Positions 1-9,131 of a stretch of DNA of 64,000 nt are shown here, in pieces (position 1 is the first letter of the stretch; each line of letters begins with the position of its first letter). Source of the DNA: Mycoplasmatota bacterium (lineage in GTDB: Bacteria; Bacillota_I; Bacilli_A; RF39; UBA660); assembly GCA_022771205.1 (NCBI GenBank), contig JALFCF010000003.1, positions 200,085-264,084 of the forward strand, written 5' to 3'. The notes below the pieces were generated by a model, which had not been told where the DNA came from, made no database searches, and saw only the letters and a program-made list of their open reading frames with translations. The translations under genes and the position numbers were made by a program.

Positions 1-1
1 T

Positions 2-814
2 GAACAAGTAATGAAAGACAAGTACATTCCAAATGATATAATAATGGATAAAACTACTGATATATTATTGATTACTGGACCCAACATGGCCGGAAAATCA
101 ACATATATGAGACAATGTGCAATTACAGTAATTATGGCTCAAATGGGATGCTTTGTTCCATGCAAAAGCTGTATAATACCAATCTTTGACAAAATATTTA
201 CAAGAATAGGTGCAAGTGATGACTTAGTAAGTGGCGAATCTACTTTTATGGTAGAAATGAAAGAAGCAAATAATGCCATCAGTGAAGCCACAGAAAATAG
301 TCTAATATTATTTGATGAACTAGGTAGAGGTACAGCAACATATGATGGAATGAGCCTAGCCCAAGCGATATTGGAATATATTCATGATAAAATAAAAGCT
401 AAGACTATGTTCTCAACTCATTACCATGAATTAACATCTTTAGAAAAAGATTTAAAACATCTAAAAAACGTACATGTATCAGCAATAGAAAAAGAAGGAC
501 AAATTACTTTCTTACACAAAGTTAAAAATGGAGCAGTAGATAAAAGTTATGGTATTCATGTTGCAAGTCTTGCACATCTACCAGAATCTCTAATTAAAAG
601 AGCTGATGAGATATTAAATATCTATGAAAAGAAAAATATAAAAAAAGAAACATTTACTCAAACTTCTTTATTTGAATTAACAGAAAGTGAAATTGAGCCA
701 AAGAAAAACGAAATAGAAGAAAAAATAAAATCAATTAATCCATTAGAAATGACTCCGATGGAAGCTTTAAACTATCTATATGAATTAAAAAAAGAGGCAA
801 ATAGAAAGGAATAA
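2..814 (+). CDS. mutS: DNA mismatch repair protein MutS, C-terminal part (5' end outside window)
   Basis: Walker [44 protein letters not shown]; frame is open to the window edge. Confidence 0.97.
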   Translation, partial: EQVMKDKYIPNDIIMDKTTDILLITGPNMAGKSTYMRQCAITVIMAQMGCFVPCKSCIIPIFDKIFTRIGASDDLVSGESTFMVEMKEANNAISEATENSLILFDELGRGTATYDGMSLAQAILEYIHDKIKAKTMFSTHYHELTSLEKDLKHLKNVHVSAIEKEGQITFLHKVKNGAVDKSYGIHVASLAHLPESLIKRADEILNIYEKKNIKKETFTQTSLFELTESEIEPKKNEIEEKIKSINPLEMTPMEALNYLYELKKEANRKE

Positions 815-818
815 AATT

Positions 819-1220
819 ATGAAAAATAGAAGTGAATTAAGAGAAGTAATTATGAAAGTAATTTATCAAACATACATATTAGATAAAACAAAAAATAACT
901 ATGATGTTGATGAATTAATAAAAGAACAATTAGAAGTAGAAAATGATTATGTAAATACTTGCGTTAAAGGAATTATTGCAAATCAAAAAGAAATTAATAA
1001 ATTAGCTAATAAGCATATGAATAATTGGACTATTGATCGCTTAAATAAAGTAGATCAAGCTATTATTTCATTAGGAATATATGAACTTGTTTATACAGAT
1101 ACACCAAGCATTGTTGCAATTAACGAAGCAATTGAACTTTCTAAAAAATATTCAGAAGAAGCTGTAACTAAAATGATAAATGGTATATTAGACAAGATCT
1201 ATCATGAAGAAGAAAAGTAG
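819..1220 (+). CDS. nusB: transcription antitermination factor NusB
   Basis: NRSELRE N-terminus, NWTIDRL, AINEAIELSKKY, INGILDKI. Confidence 0.95.
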   Translation: MKNRSELREVIMKVIYQTYILDKTKNNYDVDELIKEQLEVENDYVNTCVKGIIANQKEINKLANKHMNNWTIDRLNKVDQAIISLGIYELVYTDTPSIVAINEAIELSKKYSEEAVTKMINGILDKIYHEEEK

Positions 1221-1232
1221 AAGGGAATTATT

Positions 1233-2486
1233 ATGAACGATAAATATATCACAGTAACTCAATTAACACGATATATTAAATATAAAATAGATAATGATGT
1301 TAACTTAAACGAAGTGTTTTTAAAAGGAGAAATATCTAATTTTAAAGCACATAGTAGAGGACATTTCTACTTCACTTTAAAAGATGAAGGTTCAAGAATA
1401 AATGCCATCATGTTTGCATCTAGTACCAAGAAAATAAAATTCACTCCTCAAGATGGAATGAAAGTATTGGTAACAGGGAAAATAAGTGTTTTTGAAGCAA
1501 ACGGTGGTTATCAAATATATGTAAATGATATGTTAGAAGATGGAGTAGGGAATTTATATATTGCGTTTGAACAGTTAAAAAAGAAATTAGAACAAGAAGG
1601 CCTATTTAAAAAAGAATATAAAAAAGAAATTCCTAAAATTCCAACAAGAGTTGGAGTAGTAACAGCACCAACTGGAGCTGCTATTAAAGATATCATATCA
1701 ACTATAAAAAGAAGATGGCCACTGGCTGAAGTTATTCTTTTCCCATCTCTTGTGCAAGGAGAAAACGCAAAAGAAGATATTGTAAAACAAATTGAAAGAG
1801 CAAAAGATTATGATTTAGATACATTGATAGTAGGTCGTGGTGGAGGATCAATCGAAGATTTATGGCCATTTAATGAAGAAATGGTTGCTAGAAGTATATT
1901 TGCATGTGACATACCCGTAATTAGTGCTGTAGGGCATGAAATCGACTTTACAATTGCGGATTTCGTTGCCGACTTACGTGCACCAACACCTACAGGAGCA
2001 GCAGAATTAGCCGTTCCACAAAAAGCAGATGTCGAGAACTATTTAAATCAATTGAAAATACGATTAAATAAAGCTATGCAACATAAAATTAATATTAATA
2101 CTCAAAAATTAGAAGAAATAAAAAGTAGATATATTTTTCAAAATCCTATTGCCATATACCAAGCAAAAGAATTACAGTTTGATAGCATCTTAGATAGATT
2201 AAAATATACTGGCAAAAATATAATAGCTCAAAAAGAAAAGAAATATATATCTATTATGAGTTCTTATATTTTTCAAAATCCTAAAAAACTGACAGAAATA
2301 AAGCAAAACAAATATTTACAACTAATTTCAAAACTAGAAACACTAAGTCCATTACTAACAATCCAAAGAGGATATTCTATGACAAAAAAGAATGGTAAAG
2401 TAATAACTAGTACAAAAGAATTAAAAGCAAAAGATAAAATAGAACTCACTTTAAAAGATGGAACCATCAATGCAGAAGTGATTTAA
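1233..2486 (+). CDS. xseA: exodeoxyribonuclease VII large subunit
   Basis: GEISNFK..SRGHFYFTLKD, GRGGGSIEDLWPFN, SAVGHEIDFT, RAPTPTGAAE. Confidence 0.97.
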   Translation: MNDKYITVTQLTRYIKYKIDNDVNLNEVFLKGEISNFKAHSRGHFYFTLKDEGSRINAIMFASSTKKIKFTPQDGMKVLVTGKISVFEANGGYQIYVNDMLEDGVGNLYIAFEQLKKKLEQEGLFKKEYKKEIPKIPTRVGVVTAPTGAAIKDIISTIKRRWPLAEVILFPSLVQGENAKEDIVKQIERAKDYDLDTLIVGRGGGSIEDLWPFNEEMVARSIFACDIPVISAVGHEIDFTIADFVADLRAPTPTGAAELAVPQKADVENYLNQLKIRLNKAMQHKININTQKLEEIKSRYIFQNPIAIYQAKELQFDSILDRLKYTGKNIIAQKEKKYISIMSSYIFQNPKKLTEIKQNKYLQLISKLETLSPLLTIQRGYSMTKKNGKVITSTKELKAKDKIELTLKDGTINAEVI

Positions 2487-2502
2487 AGAAGGAGAAATAA
2501 AA

Positions 2503-2736
2503 ATGGCAAAAACAGAAGAAAAAGAATTAACTTTTGAAGAAAGCTTAGAAAAATTAGAAAATATTGTAAAGAAACTAGAAAGTGGAGAAGTTCCATTAGA
2601 TGACGCAATTAATGAATTTAATACAGCTATGAAACTTGCAAAAAGCTGTGATGAAAAATTAAAATCTGCTGAAGAGGCTATTACTAAAATTGTAGCAGAT
2701 GATGGATCACTATCCAATTTTAATGTAGAAGAATAA
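2503..2736 (+). CDS. xseB: exodeoxyribonuclease VII small subunit
   Basis: TFEESLEKLENIVKKLESGEVPLDDAI; follows xseA; AAGGAG RBS. Confidence 0.96.
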   Translation: MAKTEEKELTFEESLEKLENIVKKLESGEVPLDDAINEFNTAMKLAKSCDEKLKSAEEAITKIVADDGSLSNFNVEE

Positions 2737-2757
2737 AAATAGAAAGTATAAAAACAT

Positions 2758-3234
2758 ATGGAAATCAATTATATAAATCTTGCAGGAGCAACACTTTATG
2801 GTATACCGCAAAAAAAGATAAATAAAATTAAAGAAAAAGCAAAGAAAACTTTTCCCAATCTAGATATTCCAAATATATATCAAGATGGTAGAAATGCAAT
2901 TGCAGCCATTAGTAAAAGTAGAGTAGTAGGCTGGATTGATTTTGAAACTAATTCAATGGTAGATCAAATTAACTCCATTGACATTTCACCAAACTTTTTA
3001 AATGAAAATATAATAGGAGACTTATTAGCTCAAGCCATTTATGAGTTAAAGAATGAAAAACCTATAATTAGTCTTCCATTAAATATGATAGAATATTTTC
3101 AACCAAGTATAGAAAAATATAATTGGGATTATACTTCTTACACTATATATCCAAACAACGAATACTATCGTAGTTATAACGAACATTCTTTACATAATAT
3201 AAAAGGAACACAAAAAAGCAAATCAAATAACTGA
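2758..3234 (+). CDS. hypothetical protein, possibly a degenerate GNAT fold
   Basis: 158-aa ORF; VVGWIDF..INSIDISPNF...IGDLLAQAI loosely resembles GNAT motif A. Confidence 0.55.
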   Translation: MEINYINLAGATLYGIPQKKINKIKEKAKKTFPNLDIPNIYQDGRNAIAAISKSRVVGWIDFETNSMVDQINSIDISPNFLNENIIGDLLAQAIYELKNEKPIISLPLNMIEYFQPSIEKYNWDYTSYTIYPNNEYYRSYNEHSLHNIKGTQKSKSNN

Positions 3235-3245
3235 TTTGCTTTTTT
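3212..3245. terminator. bidirectional intrinsic terminator
   Basis: AAAAAAGCAAATCA-AATAAC-TGATTTGCTTTTTT, perfect 14-bp inverted repeat between convergent ORFs. Confidence 0.85.
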
Positions 3246-3255
3246 ATTATTAAAT

Positions 3256-3480
3256 TTAACTTTCTTCAGTTTCTAATTTCATTTTTGTAAGCAATAACAA
3301 GGCTTTTTCAAACTCCTCATCATCTTCCAAAGGAAGTAATAAATCAGGATCATTAATATCTTCTTTACGAATCATCATATCACGTGGATCTTTTTCATTA
3401 GAAAGATACAAGTAAGAATCTATTTTAGTAACTAAAACATAATCTTTATTATCAAAAGAATAAATTTCTACTTCTTCCAT
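3256..3480 (-). CDS. small acidic protein, DUF1292-like
   Basis: FDNKDYVL..., LLPLEDDEEFEKAL C-terminal pattern. Confidence 0.6.
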   Translation of the reverse strand: MEEVEIYSFDNKDYVLVTKIDSYLYLSNEKDPRDMMIRKEDINDPDLLLPLEDDEEFEKALLLLTKMKLETEES

Positions 3481-4253
3481 TACTTACCACCCATACCTTT
3501 CACATCAGAATCTGTATTTACAGAACTAAAGTTAAACATTTCTTCAAGTTGATTATTAGTATCAATATTTTTACGAGCAATCTCTGCTTCAGTTTGTTGA
3601 ATAATATAATTTCTCACGTCTGACTTAAAGTCAGGATCTTGAATACCTTCCTCATATCTTTCTGGATTTAAACTCTGTACTAACTTATCAGGATCTTGGC
3701 CGAAAGAGTGTTCAACAATAGCAGCTAAATCATCTTGTGCATACGACTGATCCAATCTTGTTGCTAAAGTACCTAACACAATAGCAGAATCCCCACCATT
3801 TTCTAATATATTATCAATATCGTTGGCAACACCATATGTATCTATTTGCCAATTCTGTAAATCATCCGTTCTGGAAATATGATTAGAAACAGCCTGATTA
3901 GTAGCTACTACAACAGGATTTTGATCTAACATATCAATTTCATGATAAGCATCACCCAACGCTTGTGCTCCCGCAAATAATGCAGCACCTAATCCCATAG
4001 TAACAACTAATCCTTTCCAATGCCTTTTCAAAACACCAGATAAACTATTATCAACTTTCTTCCTACGCCTAGTTGCTTGAATTCTTTTAGAATTTAAAGA
4101 ATTTCTTCTAGCCATATTAATAAATACATCTTCATCATCACGAATTGTAGTTGATGAACGTTTACCATACACTGAAGAGTTCCTATAAGTAGATGTCTTT
4201 TGCATAAAATCAGAAATACCTAAACGTTCTTCATTATTATATGCCATATCCAT
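3480..4253 (-). CDS. hypothetical single-pass membrane protein
   Basis: GAGGTG RBS before ATG at 4253; basic N-terminal region, one hydrophobic helix, acidic C-terminal domain. Confidence 0.8.
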   Translation of the reverse strand: MDMAYNNEERLGISDFMQKTSTYRNSSVYGKRSSTTIRDDEDVFINMARRNSLNSKRIQATRRRKKVDNSLSGVLKRHWKGLVVTMGLGAALFAGAQALGDAYHEIDMLDQNPVVVATNQAVSNHISRTDDLQNWQIDTYGVANDIDNILENGGDSAIVLGTLATRLDQSYAQDDLAAIVEHSFGQDPDKLVQSLNPERYEEGIQDPDFKSDVRNYIIQQTEAEIARKNIDTNNQLEEMFNFSSVNTDSDVKGMGGK

Positions 4254-4389
4254 ATTCACCTCTAGTATAACTATAACAAACAATATTCAAAAAATCAAAA
4301 AAAATGTAAATTTTTAGTGTAAATGGTAAAAACTATTTAACATAATAAAAGTTAAAAAAATCAAACTATTAATGTAGTAAAGAAAAGAG

Positions 4390-5385
4390 GTGATTTTTTT
4401 GAAAATAAAAAACAAATTACTACTAACAATTCTTTTTCTAACAATAACTATTGTGCCCATAAACACCTTTGCTTATTCAAACTACGTAATAGCATCAGGT
4501 GAAACAATAGGAATAGAAGTAAATTCTAGTGGTGTATTAGTGGTAGGTTTTTATGAAGTTGATAATACTTACCTAGCAAAAGAAACAGGTTTTGAAATAG
4601 GAGATAAAATAATTAAAGTTAATGATACAAAAGTAAATAACATTTCTGAAATGGTCCAAGCTTTAAAGCAAAAATCCACACAAAAAAACACTTTTTCAGT
4701 CATAAGAAACAACAAGGAGCAAACATTAAAAATGGAGTTAAAAGAAGACGAAAATAAAATCTTAAAAACAGGTCTCTACGTTAAAGATCAAATCAATGGA
4801 ATCGGAACATTGACTTATATTGATCCAGAAACAAAAAGATTTGGAGCATTAGGACACGAAATAATAGAAACTACCACTGCTCAAAAATTTGAAATAAAAG
4901 ATGGTAAAATATTTCAAGCAAGTGTTTCAAACATTAAGAAAAGTAGAGATGGTGCAGCTGGAGAAAAAAATGCCACATATGACAAAACTACATCTGAGGG
5001 AGCAATAGATAATAATGATATAACGGGAATATATGGAACATATCAAGAAGAAATAAGTCATATGGAAACCTTAGAAGTAGGAACAGAAAAAGACATAAAA
5101 ACAGGTACAGCAACTATCAAAACAGTAATAGAAAATAACCAAGTAGAAGAATTTAATATTAATATAATCGCCATAGATCCCAACAGTAAGACTAAAAATA
5201 TTCTTTTTGAAATAACCGATGAAAGATTATTAAGTAAAACTGGGGGAGTAGTTCAAGGTATGAGTGGTTCTCCAATTATACAAAACAACAAAATAATTGG
5301 TGCTGTAAACTACGTTATAGTTAATGATACTAAAAAAGGCTATGGAATCTTTATTACCACAATGTTAGAAGAAGGTGAAAAATAA
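4390..5385 (+). CDS. spoIVB: stage IV sporulation protein B, S55 serine peptidase with PDZ domain
   Basis: GETIGI, GIGTLTYIDP...FGALGH, GGVVQGMSGSPIIQ catalytic Ser motif, GAVNYV, GYGIFI. Confidence 0.92.
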   Translation: MIFLKIKNKLLLTILFLTITIVPINTFAYSNYVIASGETIGIEVNSSGVLVVGFYEVDNTYLAKETGFEIGDKIIKVNDTKVNNISEMVQALKQKSTQKNTFSVIRNNKEQTLKMELKEDENKILKTGLYVKDQINGIGTLTYIDPETKRFGALGHEIIETTTAQKFEIKDGKIFQASVSNIKKSRDGAAGEKNATYDKTTSEGAIDNNDITGIYGTYQEEISHMETLEVGTEKDIKTGTATIKTVIENNQVEEFNINIIAIDPNSKTKNILFEITDERLLSKTGGVVQGMSGSPIIQNNKIIGAVNYVIVNDTKKGYGIFITTMLEEGEK

Positions 5386-5453
5386 AGAGAACACAATCTC
5401 TTTATTTTTTTTAAAATATATGTTAAAATATATAACCAATAGGGGATGAGGAT

Positions 5454-5756
5454 ATGAAAATATGGACAAAAGTAAAACTAACAGATAAGAATAAAGATGT
5501 AGAATTAATAGCGAAATCATTAACCAATTATCTATATGGATATGGACCAATTGTAAATATCTCAAGAAAATACCAAATAAAACCAGAAGATAGAAAAATA
5601 CTAGATCAATATACTGCCAATAGAATTGCTGGTATTCTTATGTTATATTTAGTAAAAGATACTAAAAGAATTAATGACATTGTAAATAAGTACAATATTC
5701 CAGAAGGAATAGTTCAAGAAATTATACCTGAATTAGAAGGTTATATAGAAAAATAA
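5454..5756 (+). CDS. hypothetical protein
   Basis: 100-aa ORF with GAGGA RBS and a terminator directly after it. Confidence 0.75.
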   Translation: MKIWTKVKLTDKNKDVELIAKSLTNYLYGYGPIVNISRKYQIKPEDRKILDQYTANRIAGILMLYLVKDTKRINDIVNKYNIPEGIVQEIIPELEGYIEK

Positions 5757-5782
5757 AAAGTCTCATTTCAGAGACTTTTTTT
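5755..5782. terminator. bidirectional intrinsic terminator
   Basis: AAAAAGTCTC-ATTTCA-GAGACTTTTT between convergent ORFs. Confidence 0.8.
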
Positions 5783-5867
5783 ATAAATATAATAAAACAC
5801 TTAAAAAAGATATAACCATTGCCACAATTAATATAATAGAAACAACTTTAACAACATTTTTATTCAT
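5781..5867 (-). CDS. 28-aa membrane microprotein, Prli42/DUF4044-like (not in ORF track)
   Basis: GAGGTG RBS 7 nt before ATG; translates to MNKNVVKVVSIILIVAMVISFLSVLLYL*; ends at the bidirectional terminator. Confidence 0.8.
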   Translation of the reverse strand: MNKNVVKVVSIILIVAMVISFLSVLLYL

Positions 5868-5972
5868 TTTTATACACCTCAACAACAATTATAAAATATA
5901 TGTTGAAAAAAGTAAAATGAATTTTTTCATAGTAACAAAATTCCAAGAATAAAAATATACAAAGGAGATACT

Positions 5973-6569
5973 ATGAAAAAATTAATATTAGAAATAAAAC
6001 AGAACAAATTATTATTACTACTAACCATATTAGCAATCGTATTTACCATAATAGGAATATTTTTTCCAGCCATACTAACAGAAGCTAACAAAGAATTAAT
6101 TAAAAATAACATTATTAAATTCATAAATAAAATAGATAATAACGAAATAAACTATCTAAGTGCATTGTTTTACAGCTCTTGGAACAACATTTTAGTAACT
6201 TTTATCTTATGGATCCTAGGAATATCGCTAATTGGAATACCATTCATTATAATTATATATATTTTTAAATGTTTCCTAACAGGTTTTTCTTTCACGAGTA
6301 TATTAATCACATATGGAGTAAAAGGAAGTATAACAGCTATGATTTATAGTATTCCAAATACTCTAAATTCCTTCGGAAGTTTATTATTAAGTTACTATGC
6401 ATTATCATTCTCCATCACTATTTATAAATGCATTTTCAAAAGAGAAAACAAAAATTGGTCTACTATAACAAAACAATATATAAAATTAGGCATATTCTTT
6501 CTATTATATACTATCATTATATCAGTAATAGAAAGCTATATCATTCCTAATATATTAAGATTATTATAA
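5973..6569 (+). CDS. spoIIM: stage II sporulation protein M-like membrane protein
   Basis: Multi-TM; WILGISLIGIPFI..., GFSF..I...YGVKG..., IESYIIP typical of SpoIIM. Confidence 0.8.
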   Translation: MKKLILEIKQNKLLLLLTILAIVFTIIGIFFPAILTEANKELIKNNIIKFINKIDNNEINYLSALFYSSWNNILVTFILWILGISLIGIPFIIIIYIFKCFLTGFSFTSILITYGVKGSITAMIYSIPNTLNSFGSLLLSYYALSFSITIYKCIFKRENKNWSTITKQYIKLGIFFLLYTIIISVIESYIIPNILRLL

Positions 6570-6633
6570 AAGATAAGACAATTATCTTTTTTCTTTTGTA
6601 ATTCTACGATATAATAAAACAAGGTGATATTAT

Positions 6634-7668
6634 ATGGAGAAAAAAACTGTTGTTATTGGAATGAGCGGTGGAGTAGATTCCTCTGTCGCTGCATGTTTAT
6701 TAAAAGATAAAGGATATAACGTTATTGGTGCAACCTTGGAACTATTAGATAATTATGATACAAAACAAGCCATAGAAGATGCCAAAATAATATGTCAAAA
6801 AATTGGTATCCCACACTATATATTTGATTTAAAAAAAGAATTTAAAGAAGAAATTATAAAAAACTTTATATCTTCATACCAACAAGGGAAAACTCCTAAT
6901 CCTTGTGTAGTATGTAATAGACTATTTAAATTCGGATATTTTTATCAAAAAGCACTAGAATTAGGCGCTGATTATATTGCAACAGGTCACTATGCTAGAA
7001 TAGAGAATAATCATTTAATGATGAGTCTAGCAGATGGTAAAGATCAATCCTACTTCCTATGTCAAATAAAAAAAGAAATACTACCTAAAATATTATTTCC
7101 ATTAAATCAATTTGCAAATAAAGAACAAATTCGCGAACTAGCAAGAAAATACGAATTACCAGTTAGTGAAAAAAAAGACAGTCAAGAAGTATGTTTTATT
7201 CCAAATGATGATTACAAAACATTCTTAAAGAAAAATGGTCAAAAAGAAATAAAAGGCAAAATAATATTAACAAACGGAACTGTACTAGGAAATCATACTG
7301 GACTATTTAATTATACAATAGGACAAAGAAAAGGCTTAAATATATCATATAAAGAGCCATTATACGTTATCAATTTAGATACAGAAAATAACAATTTAAT
7401 TGTTGGTAATAATAATGAACTATTCAAACAAGAACTAGTAGCAATAAATATGAATTATTTAATAGAAAAAGATGAATTTTTTCAACAAAAACTTTTTGCA
7501 AAAATACGTTCACGTGGTGATTTGGAAGAAATAGCTAGTATTGCAGAAGAAGGAAATGATTTAAAAGTTCAATTTAAAAACAAATTACGAGCAATTACCC
7601 CAGGACAATTAATAGTCTTCTATAATGAAAAAAAAGAATGTTTAGGTGGTGCATATATTGAAAAGTAA
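6634..7668 (+). CDS. mnmA: tRNA 2-thiouridine(34) synthase MnmA
   Basis: GMSGGVDSS, TPNPCVVCN, ATGHYA, KDQSYFL, DSQEVCF, YTIGQRKGL, AITPGQ. Confidence 0.97.
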   Translation: MEKKTVVIGMSGGVDSSVAACLLKDKGYNVIGATLELLDNYDTKQAIEDAKIICQKIGIPHYIFDLKKEFKEEIIKNFISSYQQGKTPNPCVVCNRLFKFGYFYQKALELGADYIATGHYARIENNHLMMSLADGKDQSYFLCQIKKEILPKILFPLNQFANKEQIRELARKYELPVSEKKDSQEVCFIPNDDYKTFLKKNGQKEIKGKIILTNGTVLGNHTGLFNYTIGQRKGLNISYKEPLYVINLDTENNNLIVGNNNELFKQELVAINMNYLIEKDEFFQQKLFAKIRSRGDLEEIASIAEEGNDLKVQFKNKLRAITPGQLIVFYNEKKECLGGAYIEK

Positions 7669-7709
7669 AATAGACAGTTATTCAAATAAAAAAATGTGTC
7701 AATTTACAC

Positions 7710-7738
7710 TTGATTATTATTTTCAATATGTCTATAAT
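7710..7738 (+). promoter_or_regulatory. sigma-A promoter of the HTH gene
   Basis: TTGATT-N17-TATAAT, followed by AGGAGG RBS. Confidence 0.7.
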
Positions 7739-7761
7739 TATATTAGGAGGGTAAATGAAAG

Positions 7762-8529
7762 ATGAAAGAATTAAACGTAGTATTAACAGAACTAGGAATT
7801 AGCAAAGTCAGATTAGCCAAATATTTAGGAGTTTCAAGACAAATGCTATATAATTATTTAGCAATAGAAAACCTAAATGATTGGCCAAAAGAAAAAGCAG
7901 CCAAATTACTAAGTTTATTAAATATAGAAAATATTGAAGAATTAAAAAATATAAAAATCAATGGAGAATATATCATTGAAGTAGAAACCAGATTAAAAGA
8001 AGGAGTAAAAGACTCTTCCAATAAAGAAGTAATAGCTGATTTAAAAGGATTTAATAAAAAAGAACAAGAACTATTATCAGATATTATTAATCTATTAAAA
8101 GAAAAACTAGCAACAGATAAAACAAAAGATACCTACAATACTTATTTATATTTGCACCACTTCCTACAATCTATGGAAACAACAGAAGAATTAAAATATA
8201 TTCTAGCGTATATGTCTAAATCTTTAGGTTTTACAGATCCAATGGAATTTGCTTTCAACAGTGATAAACAATTTATTTTTGAAAGTATTATGTTCAGTGC
8301 CATGACATTATATAATAATGGGGGAGCATCAAAAAATAAGATTAGTGAAACTCATAAACGTTTTGTTCAAGACATAGAACATAAAAAGGAAGAGAAGTTA
8401 TCAAGAACCCAAGAATTAAACTCTGCAAAAGTACAAGCATTAGCAGAATTAGGATATACAGAAATTAATGAAGATAACGCTAAAGAAGTATTTGAAAAAA
8501 TAGCAGAAATTCAATCTAGAAAAGTATAG
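7762..8529 (+). CDS. N-terminal helix-turn-helix protein of unknown function
   Basis: LTELGISKVRLAKYLGVSRQMLYNYL, XRE-like HTH; helical C-terminal region. Confidence 0.8.
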   Translation: MKELNVVLTELGISKVRLAKYLGVSRQMLYNYLAIENLNDWPKEKAAKLLSLLNIENIEELKNIKINGEYIIEVETRLKEGVKDSSNKEVIADLKGFNKKEQELLSDIINLLKEKLATDKTKDTYNTYLYLHHFLQSMETTEELKYILAYMSKSLGFTDPMEFAFNSDKQFIFESIMFSAMTLYNNGGASKNKISETHKRFVQDIEHKKEEKLSRTQELNSAKVQALAELGYTEINEDNAKEVFEKIAEIQSRKV

Positions 8530-8550
8530 ATTCCTTTTTGGAATCTTTTT
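8528..8550 (+). terminator. intrinsic terminator
   Basis: AGATTCC-TTTTT-GGAATCT followed by TTTT. Confidence 0.7.
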
Positions 8551-8646
8551 ATATACAAAAGAGCAGGGGAGAGAAGAATAAAACAGCAAAAGTATTCATA
8601 TCAAATTAATAAATCTAGAAAAGAAAAAAGAGTAGAAGTACTCTCA

Positions 8647-9033
8647 TTAAATTAATAAATCTAAATAAGTTAATATTCTATTAGTAACGTATAATTTTTC
8701 ATTAGGCATATTTGTATAAAACTTAATTAATTTTATATTAGCTTGATTCAATATTTTTTCAACCTTTAAATCACGAATAATTCTATCTTTTTTTAAGTGT
8801 GAGGAATCATTAATCTCAATAGCCAACAAAAGTTTATGGAAATTCTTATCAAATATACCAAAATCAATATTTCTAAATAATTCATTTACATATTTATGTT
8901 TAATATTTTTTTCTATAACACTGGCTAAGTTAACTTGAGGCTGAACTATAACATCATAATCACGTTCAATATCTTTTAAAATATCATAAAAATACTTCTC
9001 ATAATAACTCATAAATTCCTTTTGCTCATACAT
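8647..9033 (-). CDS. DUF2726 family (PD-(D/E)xK nuclease-like) protein
   Basis: VQPQVNLASVI, IDFGIFD, LAIEINDSSH, RDLKVEKILNQANIKLIKF. Confidence 0.8.
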   Translation of the reverse strand: MYEQKEFMSYYEKYFYDILKDIERDYDVIVQPQVNLASVIEKNIKHKYVNELFRNIDFGIFDKNFHKLLLAIEINDSSHLKKDRIIRDLKVEKILNQANIKLIKFYTNMPNEKLYVTNRILTYLDLLI

Positions 9034-9131
9034 AAATAAAAAACCCCTTTAAAAATTGAAGGACATATCTTACAATAAAATTATAAATTATAAAGAGTAA
9101 AAAGAAAAGTAAAATAAAAAGCATTTTAAGA

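Noticed and set aside
4335-4362. Second dif-like site (ATTTAACATAA matches the E. coli XerD arm)
   Set aside because: The partner arm matches only about 6 of 11 bases, and an AT-rich 11-mer is expected by chance in this composition
5927-5960. Sigma-E promoter for spoIIM (TCATAGT-N14-AATAAAAA)
   Set aside because: The -10 match is too weak to distinguish from AT-rich background
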